Positions 24,747 to 37,533 of a stretch of 64,000 nt of DNA are shown here, piece after piece; the first letter of the stretch is position 1; every line of letters begins with the position of its first letter. The stretch is from Rhizophagus irregularis (taxonomy: Eukaryota): the NCBI RefSeq assembly GCF_026210795.1, contig NC_089432.1, forward strand, positions 1,488,001 through 1,552,000, written 5' to 3'. Position numbers and translations under genes: made by a program. The notes under the pieces were generated by a model. It saw nothing but the letters and a program-made list of their open reading frames with translations, made no database searches and was not told the origin of the DNA.

Positions 24747-27239
24747 TTATTTATTATTTTGTAACTCTTTAAGATCTAATAAATTTTCATCATTATTTTG
24801 GCTGTCATCAATCAATAAATTGTTCAAACTTTGAAATCTTGAATTTGACGTGTCACCAATAAGATTGTCACCAGGGTTGTCGCCAAGGTTTTGCTGCTGA
24901 GTAGATGATGATGAATTATCTAAGAAATCTTTTGTATTGATTTTTTTATTCTTGTTATCAGTAGGTTCAGTTCTATTATCCACGTCTCCATATGATGTTG
25001 AATCATTATTTCTTATAGAATTTCTCAAAGAAGGAGATTCTCTTATTAACCCCACGAAATCATCATCATTTTCTTCATGTCTTCTTTCATGATCCCATCT
25101 ATTACGGGATGATCTGTGATTTAATTGCCTAAAATCTCTATCGTTTCGTATAAATAATGGTCTTAAATATTTATCATCAAATGATGTAAACCAATGCTTC
25201 TTTAAAATTTTATTATTTGTTGTTGTTTGTTGCAATTGAACCCTCACTTCAGGATTTCTATTAATACTTCCCGAATCAGATACGAATGATCCTTGAGAGT
25301 CTGTTCGATTATGTCCGTTATCACTCTCTCTTACAATATCGCGATATCTTTCTCCGTAATGAACTTCGTTATCATATCCATCAGTATAATATTTATCGTA
25401 GTTGTCTTCTTCTTCATCACTATCACTACCTTCTTCTTCAACTCCGGTTTGTACCTTCATTATTTCTAATACTCGACTAGTTGATCCTCCAAATACAACA
25501 ACACTTAATACGACAACTACAAGAACTGTTGTTCTCATCGCGTCTGCATTTTCACCTTCTAATCCAGCTGCTAATGCAAATGCTACTGCTCCTCTCAAGC
25601 CTGCCCAGAATAACATTACTGAATACTTGAATGGAATAGGTTCACCTCTATTTGCTTTGTTTCTATATCGTGATACAGTATTGATTAACTTTGAAAGTGG
25701 AAATACTGCGCTATATCTTGATATACAGATAATAATCTATAAGGATTTTTTAAAGAAACAAAAAAAAAAAATAATAATAATAAATGAAAAGTGTAATAAG
25801 TTTTAACCACAAGTCCACAACACATAACAGATACATACTGATGTAAAGAAAATAAAGAAGGGTTTATACTCCAAATCCAATTGTGTGAATAACGTCAAGC
25901 CTAAATAGATGAAAATAAAATTCTCTGATAATTTGGCAAGAATATGAAACATATATTTTGTAGTACGTTTTGTGCGTAGTGACATATTATCATACGTGTA
26001 GTGTTTCAATGTTATACCACAAAACAACAAGGAAACAATTCCTATTTTTTAGAAAGAGATTAATTAATACTAAATAAAATTCAAAAAAAAAGTTTTTTTT
26101 GATGTACAAACCTGATAAATGTAATCCGTTTGCGAACAAGTATGAAGAATATGCCATCAATGCCATAAGACATGATTCTATGGAAGGATACTTATATAAA
26201 CGAGAATGCTTTAGCATGTAATTAAATTAATTAAGGCTTAATATTAGCAAAAGAAATAAAATCAAATATATTATAATAGTTAAAGGATATCAATGCACAC
26301 GACACTCCAATAATAACTCCAATTATTAAAGAGGTTCCAAAGTTAAGGAAGAATATAAAAATACCATGAGTTATATTTGAGAAATGAAAATCTTGACCTC
26401 GATATTTTTTTAATGTTCTAACGAGAGAAATAAGGTTAATATATATATAAAACTATTAATAAAAAGAATTTCACAAATGAAATTAATACGAACTCATAAA
26501 GTACAATGGAAACAACATCATTCAAAATACTTTCTCCAAAAACTATAGAGTAAAGTTTAGGATCAACTTTGAGCGATTGGAATATGGTAAGTACGGTTAC
26601 CGGATCGGTTGCTGATAAAACAGATCCAAAAATCATTGAATCTAAAAATGAAAGGGACATTGAGCCTATTCCCATAGCTGATATTATTCCAACTAAAATT
26701 CTTTATAAGGAAGAATATTAATAAAAATTATAATTAAAAATTTTCAATAAAGCGGTTTAATATTTACCCTATGACTAAAGCTGATATAAAAGTCCCTAAA
26801 AACGCAAACGTAAGAATTGTCCCAAGATTTTTGAAGAAATTTCCCTAAACATGAAATGATTCGTAAGCAATACAAAAAAAAAATCAATAAAATTATTCAA
26901 AATGTTCACCGCCACTAAACTTATTGTTAAATATATATATATATATCGTACCTTCTTCATTTCATATCCAGTATTTAAAATAATAGGAGGAAGTAATAAG
27001 TTAAAAAAATACGTATAATTAAACGTAACCATATCCTGAATCATTGATCCTGGAGACATACGAATAATCAATCCCACTAACATTCCCGCAAAAATCGAAA
27101 TTACAGTTTCGTGTAATGCTCGTATTTGTTTGCGTTGTAAATAATAGGAAGAAAACAATGATAGTATTATAAGAGAGGTTAGAATAAGTAATGCCCAGCT
27201 CGAATAAAGCTCTTCTTCTTCAACTGGTGGTTTCTCCAT
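24747..27239 (-). CDS. NHX1: Endosomal/vacuolar Na+(K+)/H+ exchanger, CPA1 family (7 exons, 665 aa)
   Basis: Exons 27239-26952, 26844-26768, 26700-26494, 26417-26291, 26217-26112, 26041-25839, 25736-24747 give one frame. Motifs [40 protein letters not shown]; acidic/Asn-rich C-tail. Confidence 0.95.
26218..26290 (-). other. U12-type (minor spliceosome) AT-AC intron, 73 nt
   Basis: Minus strand: 5' ATATCCTTT, branch site CCTTAAT close to the terminal AC; removal joins ...VSCAL|MLKH in frame. Confidence 0.92.
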
Positions 27240-28278
27240 GACTGGTGACTAGTTGTCTAAAAAGAACTGAGAAATCGAGATTCCGGAACACGTTGGTAGA
27301 AGTGTAGCCGCAACTAAATGAAAAAAAAAAAAGTTTTAGCTAATTATAGAATCGCTAAAACTTATTTTATTACTAATCAGTAGATTTGTACAACCGTAAA
27401 ACTGTATGACAGGAGACTAATTCGGGCCGATATTGTAAATTTCAAGAATTGAGCCACTGAGTCGAAATTACTTTATATAGTAAACACAGCCAACCCGTAT
27501 AATTACAAAAGTATCGACTTTGATAGGTCAGGGGATTATTTTTGATACATAAAAAAAAAAATAGAATAAATTTTTATCAAGAAGCATATCGCAACTCTAT
27601 CAAAGATCGATATTATTGCTATATATTATCTTAAAATAAAGTTTATCGACAGAACATTTGTGTACAATTTTTTATTACTGTATCTTTATTATAGGTCAAA
27701 GTTTTTAAATTACACCCAAATTTTACCAATACAATCAAAGCGAACCCTTTATTTTTATTGCATTTTCAATTTCCAATTGAAGGTGCAGTCGTGAGAACGA
27801 ATGAATTTAATATTTTAAGAAATTATGGAATATTATAAAACCGTATAAATTTATTGTTCTATCCCTATTTTCCGAAACAGCTATATTAAGAAGGTGCAGC
27901 TGTAGATTGCTTATTCTCTATATTTTATAATCGTTTTCTATTTGCTCTGATTAAAAGAATTATCGCCCAAAAAGGTAAAAATGATTTTCATTAATTTTAA
28001 CTGATTAAAAAAGATTTTCATAATTAAATTTCGCTGTGACGTTGCCGAAGATAATCTCACGCGTGTACAACACATTTCAGTTTCAATATTTTTTTTGATA
28101 TTATTAAGATATAAAAAGATAATTATGCAAATTTTATATAAATACCGTACCTCTTCCCTCCCTTCTCAGTCATCACATTTCTTAAAAGAAAAAAAAACAC
28201 ATTCTCTTTAATTTCATTAACATATCATCCCTTACCTTATTTATCTTTTTTTTTCATCGTTAAATTTGTTTTAATAAA

Positions 28279-29584
28279 ATGAGGGGTATTAAACTTCTAA
28301 TAATTGCCTTGTGCATTTTCAAAGTTATTGATGCCGCACCTGCCGCACAAGCAGTTACACCATACACAACACCTCCAGAAACACCTTCAGAAACACCTCC
28401 AGAAACACCTCCAGAAACACCTCCAGAAACACCGCAAACACTTCCGGAAACACCTACGGAAACATCTCCGGAAACATCAACACCTTCGCAATTACCTCCG
28501 CAAACGCAAAATGCAAACCTCAACTTCCCTATATCAGGTAATGGAACTTGTGGTGTGGCAGTTGGTTCTCGTTGCCCTGATGGTTTTTGCTGTTCTGCTG
28601 GTGGTTCTTGTGGTGAAGCTCCCGGTAAATATCTTAAATTCTTAGAGTAAACCGAATTTCAGAATAGATTTTTTGATTTAATTTTTTTCTATTAAAATTA
28701 TATATTTTATAGAACATTGTCAGGCTGGTTGCCAAGAAGAGTATGGAGTTTGTGGGGTTCCAGATAGTGTTAGAAATGTAGGCTTCCAATTTAATACATG
28801 TACTGAAAATAACACCCTCGCGATTACATTTGATGATGGACCACAGGAAGTAAGTAAATTTTATAATTCACCTACAACTTTTAATGAACCATAATATTTA
28901 TTATCACTTTTTATAATATAGATTACGGAAACATTGCTTGATAATCTTAAAGAAAGAAATGTGAAAGCCACATTTTTCATGAACGGACATGCATTTCAAA
29001 ATCATTGTATTTATGATTACGCTCCCATTGTACAACGAGCATTTAAAGAAGGACATCAAATAGCTTCACATACTTGGTCACATCCTCATTTGCCACTAGT
29101 ATCAGATGAGGAAATCCGTTATCAATTAGAATTTCTTGAAGTAGCATTCAAGAAAATGATTGGGGCAATTCCAACTTATTTTCGACCACCATTTGGCGAA
29201 CGTGCTGGATCAGTACAAAATATTTTAAGAGAAAAAGGATATAAAATGGTTATATGGGATATTGATACTAACGATTTTAAAGGAGATTTACAACTTGCTA
29301 CGGACCTTTATAATACTCAAATATCTAAATCCCCTGAACCTAATCCTCATATCATATTAAATCATGATAGAGTTGTGATCACTTCCACTACTCTTGGTCC
29401 TTTTGAAGTTGATGATGCTCTAAAAAGAGGTTATAAAGTTACTACCGTTGGTGATTGTATAGGAAAACCAGATAAAGAAGATTGGTATAGAGATATCGGT
29501 AAACCTGAAAAAAGAGATGATACTTGGAAATGTACTATTGAAGATATGCATGGATTTGGAGCTGCTCCAGATGGCACATTGTAG
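28279..29584 (+). CDS. Secreted chitin deacetylase (CE4/NodB) with hevein-type chitin-binding module (CBM18); 3 exons, 381 aa
   Basis: Exons 28279-28624, 28713-28849, 28922-29584. Signal peptide; CG..C...CCS..G.CG...HC..GCQ..YG.C hevein pattern; CE4 motifs TFDDGP, HTWSH, RPPFG, DTNDF, LNHD. Confidence 0.93.
28368..28480 (+). repeat. 12-bp coding tandem repeat (ETPP)n
   Basis: gaaacacctcca units in the N-terminal linker of the chitin deacetylase. Confidence 0.9.
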
Positions 29585-29948
29585 TAGCTAATAAATATTA
29601 ATATTGAATTTAGCTTAGTTTATTTTACAATTTTTTTATACATAATTTATATTAGAAAAGACAAATAGTTTATTTATAGAATCTACAATGCACGAATTTG
29701 TATTCGTAGCAATTGATAAATGTTGCTCTTTTTTGTTAAAATTTAATAACCTAATAAACAAAAATAGATAAAAAAAACTAAAATTACACATTTTATTGCT
29801 GTTTTGCTAACCCAAATGTAGTAATGATTTTAATGAACTCTTAATTGATAATTAATGTTATAAAATCTTTTTGCATCAACGAACGTTCTCGAATCTTCCA
29901 AAAATTTGCATGCTTGTTTGTTTGCTTGGTGCTGATTAACGTACAGTC

Positions 29949-30325
29949 TAGGGATTAGAATCGATTATCGAATCTTTGTAGATTCGATTTTCCTTAAAAG
30001 ATAATCAATTTTAAGCTTTAATAATTAATTCTATGATCAGTAAATATATAAATTCTGAATTGAAATCGTAAAATCTATTAAGAAATTATATATCGTTACT
30101 AATACCCATACTATAACATCGTTGCGATCGTTGCCGATCATTTGCCGATCATTTCGTCATTTTTAGGTTTTTGAAGGCCATTATCGATCAATTTTTTCTT
30201 TTTGAAAATATTTTAAATAATGCATTTATTTTTTGGATGTAATGTTGAATTAATTTTTTTTGTTTAATTTTAATTTTCTCTTCAACAAATAAGATTCGAT
30301 TTTGATTCGATTATTCCAATCCCTA
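29949..30325. mobile_element. hAT-type MITE, 377 bp, 8-bp TSD gtacagtc
   Basis: TIR TAGGGATT(a/g)GAAT at both ends; gtacagtc at 29941-29948 and 30326-30333; subterminal gattcga repeats. Confidence 0.9.
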
Positions 30326-30595
30326 GTACAGTCTCTTAGAATCTTATAATTGTTAAAACAAAAATGATAACTTTATTTAGTTTGTTTGTTATCAATGAAC
30401 CTATATTTGGTTACAATAAATAGAAATTAAATAAGATAAGCGGTACGTAATGTCGTAATGTGGATACACAAGGTTTAAAAACATATCTTAAAATAAACTT
30501 TAAGATAAAATATTTATAACTTATTATTTGTACGTTAAAAGCTTAACTTCTTTCTCTCATACTGTCATTATTAACAAAAGTTAAAACCAAAGAAA

Positions 30596-30997
30596 ATGGC
30601 AGATAATCCTCCACCACCTCCTCCAAACCCTTATGTTGCTAAAAGACCAACAGATAAATGGAGGCATAGGGGAGTAACATATTGTAGAGTTTTTGGACAA
30701 TGGGAATGTGAAATGTGTGGAAAAAAATGGGATAGTGGGTATACCTGGGTGGCTATTAAAAAGTACGAACAAAATCTCGATGTTAGCCACTTCAAGAATA
30801 AAAAGGATCGAATGTATCAAAGATGCTCACCTTGCAATAAAAAAAATCCAAATAAGCACGAGGCAAAACTTGTATCTTTTAAACTGCTAGAAAACAATGT
30901 TAAGTTAGTAAAAGGTCCTGGACATATAAGAAATCTATGTGGAAAATGTAATAAAGGAGCAATATGTGATAGGGCTAAGGTTGGTTTAAAAGTTTAA
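30596..30997 (+). CDS. zf-3CxxC (ZAR1/RTP-type) zinc-binding protein, 133 aa
   Basis: RVFGQWECEMCGKKWDSGYTW ... QRCSPC ... HIRNLCGKC matches the FG.F.C..C...W.S / Q.C..C / H...LC..C pattern of that family. Confidence 0.85.
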   Translation: MADNPPPPPPNPYVAKRPTDKWRHRGVTYCRVFGQWECEMCGKKWDSGYTWVAIKKYEQNLDVSHFKNKKDRMYQRCSPCNKKNPNKHEAKLVSFKLLENNVKLVKGPGHIRNLCGKCNKGAICDRAKVGLKV

Positions 30998-32917
30998 AAT
31001 TATTATTAAATCATAAACAATAAAACTAATTATATATGTTTATGTTCTACACTATAGAAAAGATAAAGACAAACGTTCCAAAATCCGTCCGTGTTTCGTT
31101 TCCTAATATTCCTATCGTTATGATATTTTTATTCATTTGCTGTGATTAGTACTATTATTTTCGTTAAAATACAACTACATTCTTAAATTTTTTGAGAAAT
31201 TTATTATTATTATATTATATTAAAATTGAATTTTTTTTAAAAAAAAATTCTTTTTTACACTGTGAATATTCTTTGTTCGTTAATTTTTTGTCCTTTGAAA
31301 CAAATCTGCAGCTCAGCCGAACAGCCGAGATTCAATGAGTGATTGTCTTCATTTACTGACAATTTTAGAAAATTTGGTCCCCAGTAATCATGTGGGGGTT
31401 TTTTTTGTACGATTTTATACCTTTATATGTATATTGAATCCTATTTTAAGTATTTTTGTATCCCAAAAATCATTCCTAGAAACAGAAACCAAGGATAAAG
31501 AGTGATACCGACGAATTTTAATTTTTACATATTAGTATAATCTAATGAGTACTAAATGAGTACTATAATTAATATATTATAGATATTGTACGGTGGTATT
31601 TACATTGGTTAACGTTAACGTGACGACGTGACGTTAACCAATATATGTAAATATAGCACCGTACAATAACAACAATATTCGTATTATCGTGCGACATAGA
31701 GTCATTGTATTTATCAATAGACTTTTTCTTCCTTATTACTACCTTAATAATGTAATTGAAATTTTGCAACAAATTTTGCGGATATCTAAGAAAAAAATAT
31801 TAATTCCAAAACGATTGAACGACCTTCATCATTTACAACAAAAGAATGAATAATTTACAGAGTTATTTAGAAAAATTTTTAATGATAATTCTTAGTATTT
31901 AAAATGTCACGTAAACTAATTCTTTCTCAGTGTTCGTCTTTTTTTTCTTCTTATTTAACCTAAGAGACAGTTAGATAACCAGCTACTCCACCAACGCCAA
32001 TAACAACGGCGGTAAGCCGGTAACTAAGTTGGGATACCTAATAATTCAACTTGTATGATTTCAAATTTTGGAAAATTCGGACATAGTTAACAAAATATTT
32101 TGAAATGCCCTCTCCCCTCAATATTTATATATACTGTATAATAAAATTTACCTTTTTAATCAAGCAATAGCGTCAGCGCCCAAGATGTTGGTGACGAAAT
32201 ACTGTGCAAAAATTTTATTGTAATACATCATCACGTGGCCAGACAGGGGTCTAAAATTTTTGATTTTACCAGAGAATTTTCCGACGCGGTTTCAATTTAT
32301 CGGTTTTTTTAAAAAATTTATCGGAAAAATTTAATTTTAGCATAATTTTATTTATTAAAGTTTCGAAGAAGCTGTCCCGAATTACACACCAATGATTTTT
32401 GTTAATACACCATTATTTCTACCATTATTTATTCAGATTAACTACATTGGCATTTATAGTAGTCATTTTTAAAAATTTTGTATTTTCGTAAATTTTGAAT
32501 AAATCGTAAAAAAAAAAAATTATCTGATTATCGTTGTATTATCGTAAAAAATCATTTTCAAATTAATTTACATCTTAAAATTTTTTTCGAGAAAAAAAAA
32601 AACCGATTGACAAAATACTGTATATCGATTTTTTTTCTAAGAACACCACCAAAAAATTTTGGCAAACGTGACTTTGTACTACTAATCTAAAATTAGTAGA
32701 AATATCGAATAAAATAGAAGAATATTTTTCACCTGTTTTTTCCATGTATGTAATTTCGCTTTGAAAAGTATATAATTATTTTTTATTCTATCCTATTTCT
32801 TATTTTTTTTATTGTATCTTATTTTGTTGTGAAATAATAACGCGTTTTTTTAATTATTAAATATATAAAATTTCTTGCAAAAATTTTTTTTTTTGTAACC
32901 TTGGGAGTATAAAAGTG

Positions 32918-33227
32918 AGTTTTGGTACGAAATCTTTAAAATCATTTGAACGACCGACAACAAAATCTCGACAATCCAAAATCTTGACAAATCAAAATCC
33001 TTGACAACTGACAAATCATTAAATCATTATACCGACAAGTTGATTATCCCGACAATTTTAGAACAAAATTATAAAATTTACCACATTTAAACTAAATATT
33101 ACATATAGCAATTTTGTTAGATTAGATTTACAAAATTGCCGATATAATGAGTTAATGACTTGTCGGGATTTTGGTGTCGATCTTGTGTTAGTCGTGCAAG
33201 TGATTGTCGAGATTTTGATCGGATACC
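32918..33227. mobile_element. Foldback/MULE-like MITE, copy 2
   Basis: Same termini and subrepeats as 8053-8515. Confidence 0.7.
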
Positions 33228-35457
33228 AAGTGGTTGAACTGTCAAGTTTTAAAGAAGACTTTTCTGTTTAATACACTATAAAAATTATCTTTTTATTACA
33301 ATTATTAAATTATATAAATAATATAAAGATTTATTTGTTAAATTTTTAAAATGACAAATAAATAAATTTTAGGATCATAAGGAATATTTTAAATAAACGT
33401 TTCTTTGAACTACAAGTATTTTTAAGATAAACTTCCCTCGCTTTATTATTTCTTAAAAAAAAAAAATTTGTACAAAATAATAACTAATAAAATTCGACAG
33501 GTCACAGTGGATAAAATATATTATATTTTGGACTAATAATAATGAAAAAGTATTAATAGTTACTACTCGACATAAAAATAATTATTGTATCAATGATTAT
33601 ATTCTTATTATTGTAAATACATGAAGGGTGCCACAATTACGAGTGCCGAGCAAATAATTATTGTACTTAGTAAACAAGTTGTACTAAATGCCTGATAAAA
33701 TACGATTAATAAACATTAATTATTTCTTAAAATTTATTTTAATACCCTTATTATTACTCTGTCTTTTTAACTTCCTTTAATTACAAATACAAATTCCGGT
33801 AATTACAAATTCAGTTAATTACAATATATTATCCTATTTAATTAATCATAATAATATATGATTGAAACAAGTTTTTTATAATATTATTAGATTCAAACAA
33901 AAAACATTTATTAATCATCGCCATCACGCCATTGTGTTAAAAAATCATAAGATTATTTGGTTAGTAACTTTATTCGATTAGAGTGGCCAAGAGCCAAGTA
34001 ACAATATAAACAATACTGTAACAATAAAAATGAAATAATGCTATTTTAATTTTTTTTTTTTAATTTTGTAATTATTATTTTCCAAATTTAGATGAATGTT
34101 TTAAAAATCTTATCGGTAAACTAGCCGATTAATGCACGTAATGCTAAATAATTTTAATTATCGACTAAAAGCTAAAAATTTTTAAGTTTGTACAAATCGA
34201 ATTTAATCTGCAGGAGCAAGTGTCGATCGTTTCATTTATTTTTACATAGCTCACCATTCTTTTTTTATAATTAAAATTATCGTAAAATAGGAATGTATCA
34301 GCAAATTTAAGTAAACCCCTTACATATTGAAAAGTATCCAAGATTGTATTTATGTAATCGATCTAGTCCGAATGGAATTTTTTTTTTTGTTTTTCTTATA
34401 AGGCAATGAATCTCGTGGAACACGGGTTCAAATTAAACCGAAATATGATTCCTTTACATGTAATATACGTTAACAAAAATAATTTTTTTTTTTAAAAAAA
34501 AATAAAGAATAATTATGGATTATGAAAATAATTCTTCAAGATCTAGAAAATTTATCATACTATACAATTATAATTTAAATAAGATTACTAATAATTAAAA
34601 TAGAGTAGTTTCAAAAAGTTGCTAAATCGATTATCATTTTATTCTATGTGAATGTTTTCGAACGGTACTAGAACTTCTAACTTCTATTAAATTCTTGGCT
34701 CTTGGCTGGGGCTAAATGCTAAATATACTAACGTAAACTTTGAAAATTTTTTAAAGGTGACGTTCTTGGCTCTAATTGCGATGATCACCTGATCTTTGTT
34801 AAATTCGGCCAAGATTTTGTGATCTGCAAAACATAATTGTGCGACTTGTTTCGGAATAAATTTTTAGATCTTTTGGATTTTTGTGCGTGTAACCATATCA
34901 TATATATGATTTGATAAATTTGATATCAAATTTTCACACACACGAGCCAAGAGAAAGAATAACGTAAAAGTAAAAAGATTGGGAGATGAAGAAATGAAAA
35001 AGGGGGAATCGTACGCAAAAACAATTCTAGACGCGGTATTATTGTAGTAATTATAAATAAATCTTTCTTTCTTTTTTTTATTCGTTCGAAAGCAATTAAA
35101 ATTCTTCAAAACATTACATACGCCAAGGATGTCCAGATAATTTATTGGTTATCATTGAAAGGTTTTTTACCTTAATTTCGAATGCACTAATAATTATATA
35201 TTTATATTCAAAATTTCAAATTATGCAAATGACTTTACCGATTTGGTAACATACGAGTTTTAATTATTTGGTAAATTTTATCTATTTTTAAATTAAAGAT
35301 TATATTGATGAATTTTTATATAAATATGATGCTTCTTTTCTTTCAGTTTTTTTCAAGTCAGCTTAATATCTTAAAAACAAATAGCTGTCTTATAAAAAAA
35401 AATAGAGATATATTATCCCAATACCCTTTAGACATATTTCGTTCAAAATCTCGTAAA

Positions 35458-36435
35458 ATGAAGCTCTCTTACACTCTAATTTTGGCTATAAATTTAGCCC
35501 TTTTCACTGCTAGTTCTGTTGCCACACCAATTGGAAACATAGGAAATGGTGTTATTAATAAAAGAGGCGATGAGGATGAACCAAAATTTCCTCCACCTCC
35601 TCCTGGTAAATTTCCTGATGGCCCCAAAGGTGGAGATTTTGATGGTCCAAAAGGTCCAAAGGGTAAAGATTTTGATGGTCCAAAAGGTCCAAAAGGTAAA
35701 GATTTCGATGGTCCAAAAGGTCCAAAAGGTCCAAAGGGTAAAGATTTCGATGGTCCAAAGGGTCCAAAGGGTAAAGATTTCGATGGTCCAAAAGGTCCAA
35801 AAGGTGAAGATTTCGATAGTCTATTAGGCCCAAAAGGTGAAGATTTCGATGGTCCAAAAGGTCCAAAGGGTAAAGATTTCGATGGTCCAAAAGGTCCAAA
35901 GGGTAAAGATTTCGATGGTCCAAAAGGTCCAAAGGGTAAAGATTTTGATGGTCCAAAAGGTCCAAAGGGTAAAGATTTCGATGGTCCAAAAGGTCCAAAG
36001 GGTAAAGATTTCGATGGTCCAAAAGGTCCAAAGGGTAAAGATTTCGATGGTCCAAAAGGTCCAAAGGGTAAAGATTTCGATGGTCCAAAAGGTCCAAAGG
36101 GTAAAGATTTCGATGGTCCAAAAGGTCCAAAGGGTAAAGATTTCGATGGTCCAAAAGGTCCAAAGGGTAAAGATTTCGATGGTCCAAAAGGTCCAAAGGG
36201 TAAAGATTTCGATGGTCCAAAAGGTCCAAAGGACAAAGATTTCGATGGTCCAAAAGGCCCAAAGGATAAAGATTTCGATGGTCCAAAAGGCCCCAAGGGT
36301 AAAGATTTCGATGGTCCAAAAGGTCCAAAGGGTAAAGATTTCGATGGTCCAAAAGGCCCAAAGGGTAAAGATTTCGATGGTCCAAAAGGTCCCGGTCCTA
36401 AAGATGGACCAAAATTTCCCCCTAAAGCAAAATAA
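35458..36435 (+). CDS. Secreted tandem-repeat protein: signal peptide, KR site, about 23 x [11 protein letters not shown] (325 aa)
   Basis: ATG 35458 (aaaATG) opens [29 protein letters not shown] dibasic site; 33-bp repeats; stop at 36433-36435. The upstream ORF extension looks like promoter/UTR. Confidence 0.88.
   Translation: MKLSYTLILAINLALFTASSVATPIGNIGNGVINKRGDEDEPKFPPPPPGKFPDGPKGGDFDGPKGPKGKDFDGPKGPKGKDFDGPKGPKGPKGKDFDGPKGPKGKDFDGPKGPKGEDFDSLLGPKGEDFDGPKGPKGKDFDGPKGPKGKDFDGPKGPKGKDFDGPKGPKGKDFDGPKGPKGKDFDGPKGPKGKDFDGPKGPKGKDFDGPKGPKGKDFDGPKGPKGKDFDGPKGPKGKDFDGPKGPKGKDFDGPKGPKDKDFDGPKGPKDKDFDGPKGPKGKDFDGPKGPKGKDFDGPKGPKGKDFDGPKGPGPKDGPKFPPKAK
35635..36390 (+). repeat. 33-bp coding minisatellite
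   Basis: gatttcgatggtccaaaaggtccaaagggtaaa repeated about 23 times, with a few variant units. Confidence 0.97.
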
Positions 36436-36780
36436 ATGAAATTTTAATCTAAAAAAATATTATAAGTTTAGTATGTCATTAATTATGAATTATTAGTTTT
36501 AGAGATATGATTAATTTACATTATAATTCCTTAAATTAAATGTATCGTAATTAATATTTATTTTTTCTATGAATAAATGATAAGTAAAATCGTATATTTA
36601 TTTCAAATTAAATTGTCATGATACATGGTTTTACCAACTCGTAATCAATTTACAGAGTTAGTAACTAAATGAAAATTAATAATTTGCTTCAAATGGTATT
36701 AATCAATATTGCCATTTAATCTAATTATTGAACGTAATTATCTAATTGTGAGCCTTCCGTATTAATTACGTTTATTAACT

Positions 36781-36915
36781 GGGATCCGTCCAAAATCCCG
36801 AAACTCGAAATTTCGAAGGTACGTTATCCCGACACTCTAAATCCCGAATTGTCAAAATCCCGACTTGTCTAAATCCAGAATTGTCAAAATCCCGAATTGT
36901 CATAATCCCGAATTT
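36781..36915. mobile_element. Solo TE terminus with about 15-bp aaaatcccga subrepeats
   Basis: Tandem gtcaaaatcccgaatt units; related to the 8053/32918 family and to the window end (63955-64000). Confidence 0.5.
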
Positions 36916-37533
36916 TAATTTTTTCGTAATCTTCAGGATAGGAATATGAGTAAAGTAATTTTATATACTCCTACAATAAAAGATTGAAATCTCCCATAGA
37001 AAAATACCAATAATGTATACACAATTTTTGAAACCATTATACCAACAAATTCAAATATGTTTGAAGTTTGAACTGTAACACAAGCATGTTTTCTTCATCA
37101 TGTACATACTTCGAAGAATACCAATTGCTGTAGCAGTGTAATTATTAATAATATAATAGTGTTTATTATAAGTAATGTAATATTATGTCACGATTGGACG
37201 ATTGGTCAAGTAATAAACCTTAAAAAACAACACGTGACTTCAATCACGGATAAATCTCGGCAAATTTCGCATTAAAAGTTTGTTGAAAAACATCTCACGC
37301 TTGAGAATAAAAACTTTATAATTGAGAATAAACATATTTTTTAAAGCTACAAAAGATTCAATTATTAAACAATCCAATTTCAATCCCTAATATAATAGAT
37401 TTAATAAAAGTTTTTAATATTAAATAATAAAATAATATCGAAATAAAAAAGTACATTAAGAATAAAAATAATAAATAAATAAATAAATATGTATCTAATA
37501 TATTAAATAATTAATAGTATAAAAATAAAAGAA

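Noticed and set aside
35635..36390. Collagen
   Set aside because: Gly-X-Y runs last only about three triplets per 11-aa unit, so the register is broken in every repeat.
35469..36439. Long alternative-frame and antisense ORFs over the 33-bp repeat
   Set aside because: Stop-free only because of the repeat; just the GPK frame has a signal peptide and coherent non-repetitive ends.
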